Source of the DNA: an uncultured Phaeobacter sp. | Lineage (GTDB): Bacteria; Pseudomonadota; Alphaproteobacteria; Rhodobacterales; Rhodobacteraceae | DNA: 64,000 bases | Assembly (NCBI GenBank): GCA_964633145.1 | Contig: CAZWFE010000001.1 | Coordinates: 73,690 to 137,689 of the forward strand | Direction of reading: 5' to 3' | Shown: positions 32,239 to 41,495 of the stretch, piece after piece | Layout of the letters: the number at the start of each line of letters is the position of its first letter | Numbering within the stretch: position 1 is the stretch's first letter | The notes under the pieces: generated by a model | What the model was told of the DNA's origin: nothing | The model's database searches: none | Seen by the model: only the letters and a program-made list of their open reading frames with translations | Program-made: the position numbers and the translations under genes

Positions 32239-33523
32239 TATTGCGACACGGGTGTGGAACCACAAATGGAAAATTGATCCCGTTGTGCGATCCCTGATCG
32301 ACACCGATTTTTACAAACTGTTGATGTGCCAATCGGTGTTTCGAAATAAACCCGATACCCAAGTATCCTTTAGCCTGATCAACCGGTCGGATAATGTGCG
32401 TTTGGCCGAATTGATTGACGAAGGCGAATTGCGCGAACAATTGGATCACATCCGCAGTCTGTCCCTGACCCGCGGCGAAAGCACATGGCTGCGCGGCAAC
32501 ACATTCTATGGCAAACGCCAAATGTTTCGATCCGATTTTATGGAATGGTTCGAAAACATGCGGTTGCCGGATTACCATTTGGAAAAACGCAACGGCCAGT
32601 TTGAACTGACCTTTGAAGGGTCATGGCCCGAGGTCATGTTATGGGAAATCCCTGCGCTATCTGTGTTGATGGAATTGCGCGGCAGGGCCGTTTTGAATGA
32701 CATGGGACGGTTCGAACTACAGGTGCTTTATGCGCGCGCAATGACCAAGCTGTGGGAAAAAATCGAACAGCTGCGCGGTTTGGATCGTCTGAAAATTGCA
32801 GATTTTGGCACGCGGCGGCGGCATTCGTACCTGTGGCAGGATTGGTGCGTTCAGGCCATGGTCGAAGGTTTGGGCGATAAATTCGTTGGGACATCCAACT
32901 GCCTGATTGCGATGAAACGCGATATCGAAGCGATTGGCACAAACGCCCATGAATTGCCCATGGTTTATTCCGCTTTGGCTGAAACTGATGATGAACTGGC
33001 CCAAGCCCCCTATCAGGTTTTGGCTGATTGGCACGAAGAGCACGAAGGCAACCTGCGCATCATTTTGCCCGACACCTATGGATCGGCTGGGTTTTTGCGC
33101 AACGCGCCCGATTGGCTGGCCGGTTGGACCGGCATCCGCATCGACAGCGGCGACCCCGCAACAGGGGCCGAGGCGGCAATAAATTGGTGGCGTGAACGGG
33201 GCGAAGATCCAACCAAGAAATTGGTCATTTTTTCGGATGGTTTGGATACCCAAGAAATCGAAAAGCTGTACAAACAATTTTTAGGCCGGGTCAAAGTGTC
33301 GTTTGGCTGGGGGACCAACCTGACAAACGATTTCCGCGGGCTTGTCCCAGACGGTCGGTTGAATGCATTTTCATTGGTCTGCAAAGCGGTATCTGCCAAC
33401 GGCAAGCCCACAGTTAAGCTGTCGGACAACCCGAACAAAGCGATGGGGCCAACCGCCGAAATCGCGCGCTATAAACGCGTGTTTGGTGTGGGCGCGCAAA
33501 CGGCATTTGACGTAAACGTATAG
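32231..33523 (+). CDS. pncB: nicotinate phosphoribosyltransferase
   Basis: 430 aa. Motifs are DTDFYKLLMCQ, ADFGTRRRHS and IRIDSGD. It is paired with pncA. Confidence 0.9.
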   Translation: MVDIATRVWNHKWKIDPVVRSLIDTDFYKLLMCQSVFRNKPDTQVSFSLINRSDNVRLAELIDEGELREQLDHIRSLSLTRGESTWLRGNTFYGKRQMFRSDFMEWFENMRLPDYHLEKRNGQFELTFEGSWPEVMLWEIPALSVLMELRGRAVLNDMGRFELQVLYARAMTKLWEKIEQLRGLDRLKIADFGTRRRHSYLWQDWCVQAMVEGLGDKFVGTSNCLIAMKRDIEAIGTNAHELPMVYSALAETDDELAQAPYQVLADWHEEHEGNLRIILPDTYGSAGFLRNAPDWLAGWTGIRIDSGDPATGAEAAINWWRERGEDPTKKLVIFSDGLDTQEIEKLYKQFLGRVKVSFGWGTNLTNDFRGLVPDGRLNAFSLVCKAVSANGKPTVKLSDNPNKAMGPTAEIARYKRVFGVGAQTAFDVNV

Positions 33524-33537
33524 ATTAGGACAAATAA

Positions 33538-34074
33538 ATGTATCCATTTTTAAGAATGATCAAAGAATTGGTCGTTCACCGAAACGCACCGCCCCTGTCA
33601 TTTGGGGATGTGCATGTGTCCCATCATATGTGTTGGCCATGGGATTTGGACCCTTGGATGGAATTGAACAATGGCCGGACGCTAACGCTTTATGATCTGG
33701 GTCGCATTCCTTTGGCCAATCGCAGCGGGTTGGTGCGCGTGTTGCGCGAAAACAAATGGGGCATGACCATGGCGGGGGCCTGTGTGCGCTATCGCCGGCG
33801 CGTGCGGGCCTTTGATCGGGTAACAATGCGCAGCCGCGCGTTGTGCTGGGATGATCGGTTTGTGTATCTTGAACAATCCATGTGGCGCCCTGACGGGGAA
33901 TGCGCCAACCATATTGTGTATCGGTCTGCATTTGTTGATAAAAATGGGATCGTGTCACCCAAACGCGTGGCCGATGCCCTGAATTGGCAGGGCGATCCCC
34001 CGCCCATTCCAGACTGGATTGCCAATTGGATCGTGGCGGAACAAAAACGCCCCTGGCCGCCGATGCAGGAATAA
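33538..34074 (+). CDS. hotdog-fold acyl-CoA thioesterase-like protein
   Basis: 178 aa. The pattern WPWDLDPWMELNNGRTLTLYDLGR resembles the 4HBT_2-type thioesterase family. This is a motif-level call only. Confidence 0.55.
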   Translation: MYPFLRMIKELVVHRNAPPLSFGDVHVSHHMCWPWDLDPWMELNNGRTLTLYDLGRIPLANRSGLVRVLRENKWGMTMAGACVRYRRRVRAFDRVTMRSRALCWDDRFVYLEQSMWRPDGECANHIVYRSAFVDKNGIVSPKRVADALNWQGDPPPIPDWIANWIVAEQKRPWPPMQE

Positions 34075-34132
34075 CTTGCCAACCACCAGATTTGCAGGCT
34101 TACTACCCATAAGGGAACGAGGAGCCAAAAAT

Positions 34133-35497
34133 ATGCGCAAAAAAATCTGGGGTTGGTATATCTATGACTGGGCTTGCCAGCCCTATAACACATTGATGCT
34201 GACGTTTATTTTTGGCCCGTTTTTTGCGGCAACGGCAGTGGAATATTACGCATCCCTTGGCCTGTCCGAAGATGCAGCAGACGCACGCGCGCAAACCCTG
34301 TGGTCAAATGCATTGACCATTGTGGGGCTGATCATCGGGTTTTCGGCCCCCATTTTGGGCGCGATTGCTGACAGCGCAGGGCGGCGCATGCCGTGGCTGA
34401 TGGGATTTACCGCCATGTTGATTGCAGGTGGGTTTGCCACGTGGTTTTCGGACCCGAATGGCGGCAATCTGATATTCATGCTGATGGCCTTTTGTTTCGG
34501 GTTTATGGGGGCGGAACTGGCCTATATCTTTGCCAACGCGCAGTTGCCTGAAATTGCACAGGGCGATGATGTTGGGTCTGTCTCTGGCTCTGGCTTTGCC
34601 TTTGGGTATTTGGGCGGGGTGATCAGCCTGTTGATCGTGCTGCCCCTGTTTGTGGCCCAAGGGGACGGAAAAACCATTTTGGGCATTGATCCGCTGTTCG
34701 GATTTGATCCAAGTATGAAAGAGGGCACGCGGTTTACCGGCCCCTTTGTTGCGATGTGGTGCTTGATCTTTGCTATTCCGTATTTCGCATGGATGAACGA
34801 AGCAGATCGCCCCAAATCGCGGCCCAGTTTTTCGGTCGCCATGTCGCGCCTGAAATCATCGATTGTCGGATTAAAAAACCGCCACAGTCAGGCGTTTTTT
34901 CTGGCGGCATCCATGTTTTACCGTGATGCGATGAATGGGCTTTATACCTTTGGTGGGATCTATGCCACCTTGGTGTTGGATTGGGATATCGTCAAAATCG
35001 GCGTCTTTGGCATCGTGGCGGCGATCGGGGCTATGGTGTTCAGTTATCTGGGCGGCAAAATGGATCGCCGTATGGGACCAAAACCGGTGTTATTGGTCAC
35101 CATTGTGCTGTTGATGGCCGTTTGCGTTGTGATCGTCAGCATGACCAAGGACACCATTTTTGGCGTACATTTGGCCGATGGGTCAACCCTGCCGGATACC
35201 ATATTCTTTATCTGTGGTGTGTTGATCGGGGGATTGGGCGGCATGCTGCAATCGACCAGCCGCAGCCTGATGGTGCGCCACACGGCCAAGGGGCGCGAAA
35301 CGCTGGAATTTGGTCTGTATGGCCTGTCGGGGCGGGCCACTGCATTTTTGGCCCCTGCCTTAATCGGGATTGCCACGACCATCACGGGCAGTGCGCGATT
35401 GGGCGTATCTCCGCTGATTGGGCTGTTCATCATCGGGTTTATCCTGTTACTCTGGGTCCAACCTAAAGGAGATGCGGACACATGGGAAAATGGTTAA
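34133..35497 (+). CDS. MFS transporter (UMF1/Atg22-like)
   Basis: The ATG at 34133 follows GGAG. The N-terminus is MRKKIWGWYIYDWACQPYNTLMLTFIF, typical of the UMF1 family. There are about 12 TM segments. Confidence 0.8.
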   Translation: MRKKIWGWYIYDWACQPYNTLMLTFIFGPFFAATAVEYYASLGLSEDAADARAQTLWSNALTIVGLIIGFSAPILGAIADSAGRRMPWLMGFTAMLIAGGFATWFSDPNGGNLIFMLMAFCFGFMGAELAYIFANAQLPEIAQGDDVGSVSGSGFAFGYLGGVISLLIVLPLFVAQGDGKTILGIDPLFGFDPSMKEGTRFTGPFVAMWCLIFAIPYFAWMNEADRPKSRPSFSVAMSRLKSSIVGLKNRHSQAFFLAASMFYRDAMNGLYTFGGIYATLVLDWDIVKIGVFGIVAAIGAMVFSYLGGKMDRRMGPKPVLLVTIVLLMAVCVVIVSMTKDTIFGVHLADGSTLPDTIFFICGVLIGGLGGMLQSTSRSLMVRHTAKGRETLEFGLYGLSGRATAFLAPALIGIATTITGSARLGVSPLIGLFIIGFILLLWVQPKGDADTWENG

Positions 35498-36375
35498 TCA
35501 TCGGTGCTGCGCTGGCGGCGCTGGCATCCTGTACACCGACGGCAAAGACTGTTGACGTCCCCGCGCGGCTAAGTTCGAAAGAGGCGAAATATCTGTTCGG
35601 CGCGGCAGAATTGCCCAGCAAACAGCGCCCCGAACCCTTCGGCAGCTATGCCAAGGGGTGCGTTGCCGGTGCGGTGGAATTGCCCGAAACGGGCCCCACA
35701 TGGCAGGCCATGCGTCTGTCGCGCAACCGCAACTGGGGCCATCCCGAAATGATTGATTTCCTAAAATCCCTGTCGGCCAGGGCCGCAGCGCAACCGGGGT
35801 GGGATGGGTTGTATATTGGTGATATTTCCCAACCGCGCGGCGGGCCAATGTTGTCTGGCCACGCCAGCCACCAAATGGGGTTGGATGCAGATATCTGGAT
35901 GCTACCCCCAACGGATTTGACCCTATCGCGAGAGGCGCGCGAAAATATTTCGTCCATTTCCATGCGACGTTCAAATGGGGCTTATACCAACGATAAATGG
36001 ACCCGCCAGCACCATGAAATTATCAAAGCGGCCGCATCCGACCCCCGTGTCGCACGGATTTTCGTGTTCCCCGGGGCCAAGGTACAAATGTGCGCCGATG
36101 AAACAGGCGACCGCGATTGGCTGCGCAAAGTGCGCCCATGGTGGGGGCACCATTACCATTTCCACGTCCGGATGAAATGCCCTGATGGGGCGGCAGGCTG
36201 CGTCAACCAACCGCCACCCCCCGCCGGTGACGGGTGTAAAGGTGCGGAAAAATGGGTCCAAGACATCCTAAACCCACCCAAGCGTGACCCCAACGCGCCG
36301 AAACCAAAACCCAAACCGCCCTTGACCTTGGCCCGTTTGCCAAATCAATGCGCGGGTGTTTTGATGTCGGAATAA
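35482..36375 (+). CDS. mepA: penicillin-insensitive murein endopeptidase
   Basis: 297 aa. It has a lipoprotein-type signal (AALAALASC). Motifs are NRNWGHPEMIDFL, SGHASHQMGLDADIW and WWGHHYHFHVRM. Confidence 0.85.
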   Translation: MGKWLIIGAALAALASCTPTAKTVDVPARLSSKEAKYLFGAAELPSKQRPEPFGSYAKGCVAGAVELPETGPTWQAMRLSRNRNWGHPEMIDFLKSLSARAAAQPGWDGLYIGDISQPRGGPMLSGHASHQMGLDADIWMLPPTDLTLSREARENISSISMRRSNGAYTNDKWTRQHHEIIKAAASDPRVARIFVFPGAKVQMCADETGDRDWLRKVRPWWGHHYHFHVRMKCPDGAAGCVNQPPPPAGDGCKGAEKWVQDILNPPKRDPNAPKPKPKPPLTLARLPNQCAGVLMSE

Positions 36376-36475
36376 TCATTCCGCTTGCATCGAACGTAAT
36401 AATGCCCTAAACGCCGCCCGTCCCCGATGGGCGGGGGCCAAGTCTCCGAGCACCTTGAGAAAACGGAATAACATT

Positions 36476-37117
36476 ATGACAAAATTACTACCTGGCGTAA
36501 TCGCCATGGCTGCCATTGTTGTGGCCTCGAATATTCTGGTTCAGTTTCTGATCCTTGACGGCCTGCTGACATGGGGGGCCTTTACCTATCCTTTCGCATT
36601 TTTGGTCACTGACCTGATGAACCGCGTTTATGGTCCTGCTGCGGCGCGTCGCGTTGTATTTGTGGGTTTCATCGTCGGCGTGATTTGTTCGCTGATCGGC
36701 AGCCAAATCATGTTGCAGGGGGACGGATACGAATATGCCGCCGTTGCATTGCGTATTGCCGTCGGATCGGGCATCGCATTTCTGACCGCGCAGTTGGTTG
36801 ATGTGTTTGTGTTTGACAAAATGCGCGGCGGTGCGTGGTGGCGTGCGCCGCTGACATCCACAATCGTTGGATCGGCACTGGATACGGCGTTGTTTTTCAC
36901 CATCGCTTTCGCGCAGTTTGTGCCGTTCTTTTCCGAAAATGCAAATATGGAAATTTCATGGGCTTGGGACACAATGCCATTGCTAACCTTTGGCGGTGAT
37001 GCACCGTTGTGGGTATCGCTGGCCTTGGCGGATTGGGGTGTGAAATTGGCAATTGCCTTGATCGCATTGATCCCGTTCCGTGTATTGGCCAACAAATTTT
37101 TGACGGCCCCTGCATAA
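36476..37117 (+). CDS. yhhQ: queuosine-precursor transporter (YhhQ/VUT family)
   Basis: About 213 aa from the ATG at 36476. The motif TYPFAFLVTDLMNRVYG and 6 TM segments are typical of YhhQ. Confidence 0.85.
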   Translation: MTKLLPGVIAMAAIVVASNILVQFLILDGLLTWGAFTYPFAFLVTDLMNRVYGPAAARRVVFVGFIVGVICSLIGSQIMLQGDGYEYAAVALRIAVGSGIAFLTAQLVDVFVFDKMRGGAWWRAPLTSTIVGSALDTALFFTIAFAQFVPFFSENANMEISWAWDTMPLLTFGGDAPLWVSLALADWGVKLAIALIALIPFRVLANKFLTAPA

Positions 37118-37187
37118 AACATTTTGACATTTTTGGAAACTGTGCCACCATACCTAGTATCGAAACATAGCGAAAGGAGGTGGTCCA

Positions 37188-37244
37188 GTGTCTAGAGAGG
37201 TATTGGAGAGAGGTGTCGGAACAGTTCGGAGGGTGATGGATTAA
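37188..37244 (+). CDS. candidate 18-codon leader ORF (MSREVLERGVGTVRRVMD)
   Basis: The GTG lies 7 nt after a consensus SD (AAAGGAGGTG). The TAA stop sits inside the 8-bp hairpin. No homology evidence is available. Confidence 0.25.
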   Translation: MSREVLERGVGTVRRVMD

Positions 37245-37312
37245 GGCAGCCCTTAATCTTTGACAATCCAGAATTGGTGGATCCTAACCGACCCACCTCC
37301 CGAATTCTCGAA

Positions 37313-37345
37313 GGGTCGATCGCAATGATCGGCCCTTTTTCGATT
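37313..37345 (+). terminator. rho-independent terminator 44 nt upstream of the arfB start codon
   Basis: The sequence is GGGTCGATC-GCAAT-GATCGGCCC followed by TTTTTCGATTT. The 9-bp stem includes one G-U pair. Confidence 0.65.
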
Positions 37346-37388
37346 TGTGTGGCTTGGAATGGGCCCAGCGTTCCCCTATGATGTGATC

Positions 37389-37814
37389 ATGTTGCGGGTA
37401 AATGACACCATTGAAATACACGATTGGGAATTGACCGAACAATTTGTCCGGTCGTCAGGCCCAGGTGGGCAAAACGTGAACAAAGTGTCCAGCGCCGTTG
37501 AACTGCGGTTCGAAGCTGCGCGATCCCCGTCTTTGTCCGACCCCATCAAAAATCGTCTACGCCGTATCGCAGGGCAAAAATGGACGAAAGAGGGCACGAT
37601 TGTCATTTTCTGTGACGAAACGCGCCATCAAATTCGCAATCGTGATATTGCGCGCCAGCGGTTGGTTGAAATGATCCAACGTGCGGCACATAAACCTAAA
37701 CCGCGGATTGCGACAAAGCCAACGCGTGCATCGCAGCGCCGTCGGGTGGATGCCAAAAAACACCGTGGCGCGATTAAACAAGGGCGCAGTGGCCCCGTTG
37801 ATTTCGGGGACTAG
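37389..37814 (+). CDS. arfB: alternative ribosome-rescue factor ArfB (peptidyl-tRNA hydrolase, GGQ class)
   Basis: The product begins MLRVNDTIEIHDWELTEQFVRSSGPGGQNVNKVSSAVELRF and has a basic C-terminal tail. The ATG at 37389 matches the usual ArfB N-terminus; the track ORF starts at 37347. Confidence 0.9.
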   Translation: MLRVNDTIEIHDWELTEQFVRSSGPGGQNVNKVSSAVELRFEAARSPSLSDPIKNRLRRIAGQKWTKEGTIVIFCDETRHQIRNRDIARQRLVEMIQRAAHKPKPRIATKPTRASQRRRVDAKKHRGAIKQGRSGPVDFGD

Positions 37815-38251
37815 CGTTTTTTCAGATGCGTTGTGATCAATTTTTCGATTTGCGTCGCGGGCATTGCACCGGATTGGCGAAACACCTCTTTGCCATCGCA
37901 GAACCCGATCATGGTGGGTATACCGCGGATCCCTAGTTTTTGTGACACCGCTTGAAATTGTTCGGTGTTTAGCTTGGCCAAGCGCGCTTTGCCCTGCAGT
38001 TTGGATGCGGCTTTGCTAAATTCCGGCGCCATGGTCCGGCAGGGCCCACACCAAGGTGCCCAAAAATCCACCACCAACAGTGTGTCGTCTAGGTTTTTTG
38101 CCTTGTCCAATACTTGTGGTGTCAGGTCCATTGCCTTGTCTGTCATCAATGCGCTTGCGCATTTGGCGCATTTGGGTTTGCTGGCCAGTTTTTCGTTTGG
38201 AACACGATTGCCTTGACCGCATTTCAGGCAGGCCATTTTGACATAATCCAT
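37811..38251 (-). CDS. trxC: thioredoxin 2 (zinc-finger N-extension)
   Basis: 146 aa. It has CLKCGQ ... CAKC N-terminal cysteine pairs and the active site WAPWCGPC. Confidence 0.9.
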   Translation of the reverse strand: MDYVKMACLKCGQGNRVPNEKLASKPKCAKCASALMTDKAMDLTPQVLDKAKNLDDTLLVVDFWAPWCGPCRTMAPEFSKAASKLQGKARLAKLNTEQFQAVSQKLGIRGIPTMIGFCDGKEVFRQSGAMPATQIEKLITTHLKKR

Positions 38252-38311
38252 GGTTTCAATCCTTATACATTCGAAAAATAATATATGACTTGACCAGTGG
38301 AATACAAGGGA

Positions 38312-39487
38312 TCAGACAACGCTAGATGCGTGAAATTCCGAAATGGTGGCATCATCATATCCCAATTCTGCCAAAATCGCATCCGTATGTTGGCCCAGAT
38401 CAGGGATCGGATCCATACGTGGTTCTGGCCCAACGCCACCCGGGGGCAGCAATGCGGCCAGCGGTCCGGCGGGGGTATCCACCTGACGCCACCGATTGCG
38501 CGCAGCCAATTGCGGGTGGGACCATAGCCCCGCCATATCGTTTATATGGGCGTTTGCAATGCCAGCGGTGTCCAGTTTTTCGATGACCTGATCTGCAGTC
38601 AGCTTGGCAAAACAGTCTCGAATTATGATGCTTAGCTCTGATTTATGCGCGGCGCGGTTGCCATTGGTTTTGAACCGGTTGTCCTGTGCCAAACTGGGAT
38701 CACCCAAGACGTGATCGCAAAACTGTACCCATTCACGTTCGTTTTGCAGCCCCAACATCACATCGCGGCCATCGCCTGCGGGAAAGGGACCATAGGGAAA
38801 TATCGTCGAATGCGCAGCGCCGGCGCGTTCAGGGGGTGGGGCCCCATCGTGGGCGTAATACATCGGGTATCCCATCCATTCGGTCAGTGCCTCAAGCATG
38901 GATACGTCGATATTGCAACCTTGGCCCGTTTGCCCCCGCTGGATCAGGGCGGCCAAAATATTGGAATAGGCATACATCCCCGCCGCAATGTCGGCCACGG
39001 AAATGCCCGCCTTGACCATGTCATCGGGGGTGCCGGTGACTGATAAAAACCCCGCCTCGGACTGGATCAACAGGTCATAGGCTTTGCGATCCCGATAGGG
39101 GCCATTTGCGCCATAGCCTGATATATTACAGGTGATCAGTCGTGGATGGTTGGGGTGTAATTCGGCATAGGATAACCCCATGCGATCCGCCGCACCGGGG
39201 GCCAGATTTTGCACCAAAACGTCCGCATTAGACACTAGTTTTTGCAAAACATCGCGGCCTTGGGGTGATTTCAGATCCAGTGTGATGCTTTCCTTGGATC
39301 GGTTGATCCAGACGAAATGCGATGCCATCCCTTGGGTGCGGGTGTCATAGCCGCGGGCGAAATCACCGGTCTTGGGGCGTTCGACCTTGATCACGCGCGC
39401 GCCCAGATCGGCCAGTTGCCGCGTGGCAAAGGGGGCGGCCACCGCATGTTCCAATGTGACGACGGTAATTCCCTGTAATGGCAGCAT
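38312..39487 (-). CDS. family III (CaiB/BaiF) CoA transferase
   Basis: The ATG at 39487 lies 1 nt after the upstream stop. The N-terminus MLPLQGITVVTLEHAVAAPFATRQLADLGARVIKVERP is typical of type III CoA transferases. Confidence 0.85.
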   Translation of the reverse strand: MLPLQGITVVTLEHAVAAPFATRQLADLGARVIKVERPKTGDFARGYDTRTQGMASHFVWINRSKESITLDLKSPQGRDVLQKLVSNADVLVQNLAPGAADRMGLSYAELHPNHPRLITCNISGYGANGPYRDRKAYDLLIQSEAGFLSVTGTPDDMVKAGISVADIAAGMYAYSNILAALIQRGQTGQGCNIDVSMLEALTEWMGYPMYYAHDGAPPPERAGAAHSTIFPYGPFPAGDGRDVMLGLQNEREWVQFCDHVLGDPSLAQDNRFKTNGNRAAHKSELSIIIRDCFAKLTADQVIEKLDTAGIANAHINDMAGLWSHPQLAARNRWRQVDTPAGPLAALLPPGGVGPEPRMDPIPDLGQHTDAILAELGYDDATISEFHASSVV

Positions 39488-39488
39488 G

Positions 39489-40640
39489 TTAAAACGACCT
39501 TGGCAGACCCAAAATATGTTCCGCAACATAAGATAGGATCAAATTGGTGGAAATCGGTGCGACCTGATACAGGCGCGTTTCGCGGAATTTGCGTTCCACG
39601 TCATATTCCGCGGCAAAGCCAAAGCCACCGTGGAATTGGATGCAGGCATTTGCCGCCTCCCAACTGGCTTTGGCGGCTAGGTATTTCGCCATATTCGCCT
39701 GATCCCCACAGGGCTGGCCGGCGTCAAAGCGGCGACAGGCGTCAAAGCGCATCAGGTTTGCAGCCTCAATTTCAATGAAACTTTCGGCGATGGGGAATTG
39801 TACCCCCTGATTTTGCCCAATGGGGCGGCCAAAAACGACCCTATCCTTGGCATATTGGCTGACTTTGTCGATAAACCAATACCCGTCCCCGATACATTCC
39901 GCGGCAATCAAGGCACGTTCGGCATTCAACCCATCCAGAATATAGCGGAACCCCATGCCTTCCTCTCCGATCAGGTTTTCGGCGGGAATTTCCAGATTAT
40001 CGAAAAACAATTCGTTGGTTTCATGGTTGACCATGTTTTCGATCGGTTTCACCGTCATACCATTGCCAATCGCATCGCGCAGATCGACGATGAAAATGGA
40101 CATGCCCAGTGATTTTTTGGTGACTTGGTCCAGTGGGGTCGTGCGCGCCAGCAGGATCATCAGGTCAGAATGCTGAATACGGCTGATCCAGACCTTTTGC
40201 CCATTGATCACATATTTATCGCCCTGCTTAACGGCGGTGGTTTTGATTTTGGTGGTATCGGTGCCTGTGGTCGGTTCGGTCACACCCATGGATTGCAGGC
40301 GCAGTTCACCGCTGGCAATTTTGGGCAGATAGTATGATTTCTGCGCGTCCGATCCATGACGCAGCAGGGTGCCCATGTTGTACATTTGTCCGTGACAGGC
40401 ACCGGAATTGCCGCCAGACCGGTTGATTTCCTCCATAATAATACTGGCCTCGGTCAGACCCAGACCCGATCCACCATATTCTTCGGGGATCAGGGCGGCC
40501 ATCCATCCATCACGGGTCAATGCATCAACGAATGCCTCGGGGTAGCCGCGGGCGCGGTCAATGTCGCGGTGATATTCGGGGGGAAAGGTTTCGCATAACG
40601 CGCGAATGGCATCGCGCAGATCCTGATAATCGTCGGTCAT
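39489..40640 (-). CDS. acyl-CoA dehydrogenase
   Basis: 383 aa. Motifs are EYGGSGLG, ITEPTTGTDT and QFHGGFGFAAEYDVERKFRE. Confidence 0.9.
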   Translation of the reverse strand: MTDDYQDLRDAIRALCETFPPEYHRDIDRARGYPEAFVDALTRDGWMAALIPEEYGGSGLGLTEASIIMEEINRSGGNSGACHGQMYNMGTLLRHGSDAQKSYYLPKIASGELRLQSMGVTEPTTGTDTTKIKTTAVKQGDKYVINGQKVWISRIQHSDLMILLARTTPLDQVTKKSLGMSIFIVDLRDAIGNGMTVKPIENMVNHETNELFFDNLEIPAENLIGEEGMGFRYILDGLNAERALIAAECIGDGYWFIDKVSQYAKDRVVFGRPIGQNQGVQFPIAESFIEIEAANLMRFDACRRFDAGQPCGDQANMAKYLAAKASWEAANACIQFHGGFGFAAEYDVERKFRETRLYQVAPISTNLILSYVAEHILGLPRSF

Positions 40641-41492
40641 TTAGGTATCCTTAATCGTTGCTTGGCCCTGCATGGCCAGTGCCCCATCATCGCGCGCAAT
40701 CCACAGGCGATAGGTCCGCGCATCCATTTGTGCGCCGTGAATGGTGAAATTATGCGTGTCGAACACAGGCGCCATGGCACGGAATTCGAATGTATCGACC
40801 CATGCATCCGTATGTCGGCGCAGCAAATCCATCATTAGCGTTGCCAACAGCGGGCCATGGACGACCAACCCGCCGTATCCTTCGGTGCCGGTGCAGAACG
40901 GTTGGTCGTAATGAATGCGATGCCCATTAAACGTCAGCGCAGAATAGCGAAACAGCAGCACGGAATCAGGCGCGATATCACGGGAAAAGTCGGATTTGTC
41001 CGGTGCCTGTGCTGGTGTGGGTTGCGGTGCCGCAGCGTCGGGTCGATCGCGATAGACGATATCATGTTGTTCCGAAATGGCGGTGCCAGCCGCGTTGGCC
41101 AATTCATGCCCCACGGTGACAAACACCAAATCCCCAGATCGACCCTGTTTATGATCCACTGATTGAACCGTGGATGTTTTGGTCACGTCATCGCCAATGT
41201 GCAAAGGGTGATGAAACGTAAACCGGCTGCCCGCCCACATCCGACGTGGCAATGGGACAGGGGGTAAAAACCCACCCAGTGCCGCATGCCCATCATAGCC
41301 CGCATCAGATAATTTGAAAATCGGCAGAAAATGCAGCCAATGCCACAGATGGGGCAGCACAGCCCCATCGGCATATGGCGCATCATCGCGGTTTAACGTG
41401 GCGGCCAGCGCATTCGATGGAAACCCATGTAATCGTTCGGTATGGGTTTCCGACCGGCCAATCCAAGATTTCAGTTGTTCCACGTCCAGCAT
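40641..41492 (-). CDS. MaoC-like double hotdog (R)-specific enoyl-CoA hydratase/dehydratase
   Basis: 283 aa. The C-terminal half (ALTFNGHRIHYDQPFCTGTEGYGGLVVHGPLLATL) is MaoC-dehydratase-like. Its stop abuts the ACAD start with no spacer. Confidence 0.7.
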   Translation of the reverse strand: MLDVEQLKSWIGRSETHTERLHGFPSNALAATLNRDDAPYADGAVLPHLWHWLHFLPIFKLSDAGYDGHAALGGFLPPVPLPRRMWAGSRFTFHHPLHIGDDVTKTSTVQSVDHKQGRSGDLVFVTVGHELANAAGTAISEQHDIVYRDRPDAAAPQPTPAQAPDKSDFSRDIAPDSVLLFRYSALTFNGHRIHYDQPFCTGTEGYGGLVVHGPLLATLMMDLLRRHTDAWVDTFEFRAMAPVFDTHNFTIHGAQMDARTYRLWIARDDGALAMQGQATIKDT

Positions 41493-41495
41493 AAT

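Larger units (their letters stand above)
37160..37345 (+). ncRNA. candidate structured leader / small RNA upstream of arfB (unclassified)
   Basis: TTGACA hexamers lie at 37124 and 37260. GGAGGUGG (37176-37183) is complementary to CCACCUCC (37293-37300). A perfect 8-bp hairpin, GAUUAAGG-CAGC-CCUUAAUC, spans 37239-37258. An intrinsic terminator spans 37313-37345. The 5' end is not determined. Confidence 0.4.

Noticed and set aside
36376-36475. Possible preQ1 riboswitch upstream of the queuosine-precursor transporter yhhQ (hairpin CCGCCC-GTCCCCGAT-GGGCGG).
   Set aside because: The sequence after the stem lacks the A-rich tail and the pseudoknot-forming CUA element of preQ1-I. It also does not resemble preQ1-II or preQ1-III as I remember them. 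It is more likely a mepA 3' hairpin. A cmscan would still be worthwhile.
37160-37345. Whether the structured RNA is a known housekeeping RNA: two-piece alphaproteobacterial tmRNA, 6S RNA or SRP RNA.
   Set aside because: There is no tag-peptide reading frame (ANDN...AA type), no tRNA-like T-arm/CCA end, and the element is too short for tmRNA. The 5' and 3' arms are not complementary along their length, as 6S would require. There is no SRP domain IV motif. It is therefore kept as an unclassified candidate.
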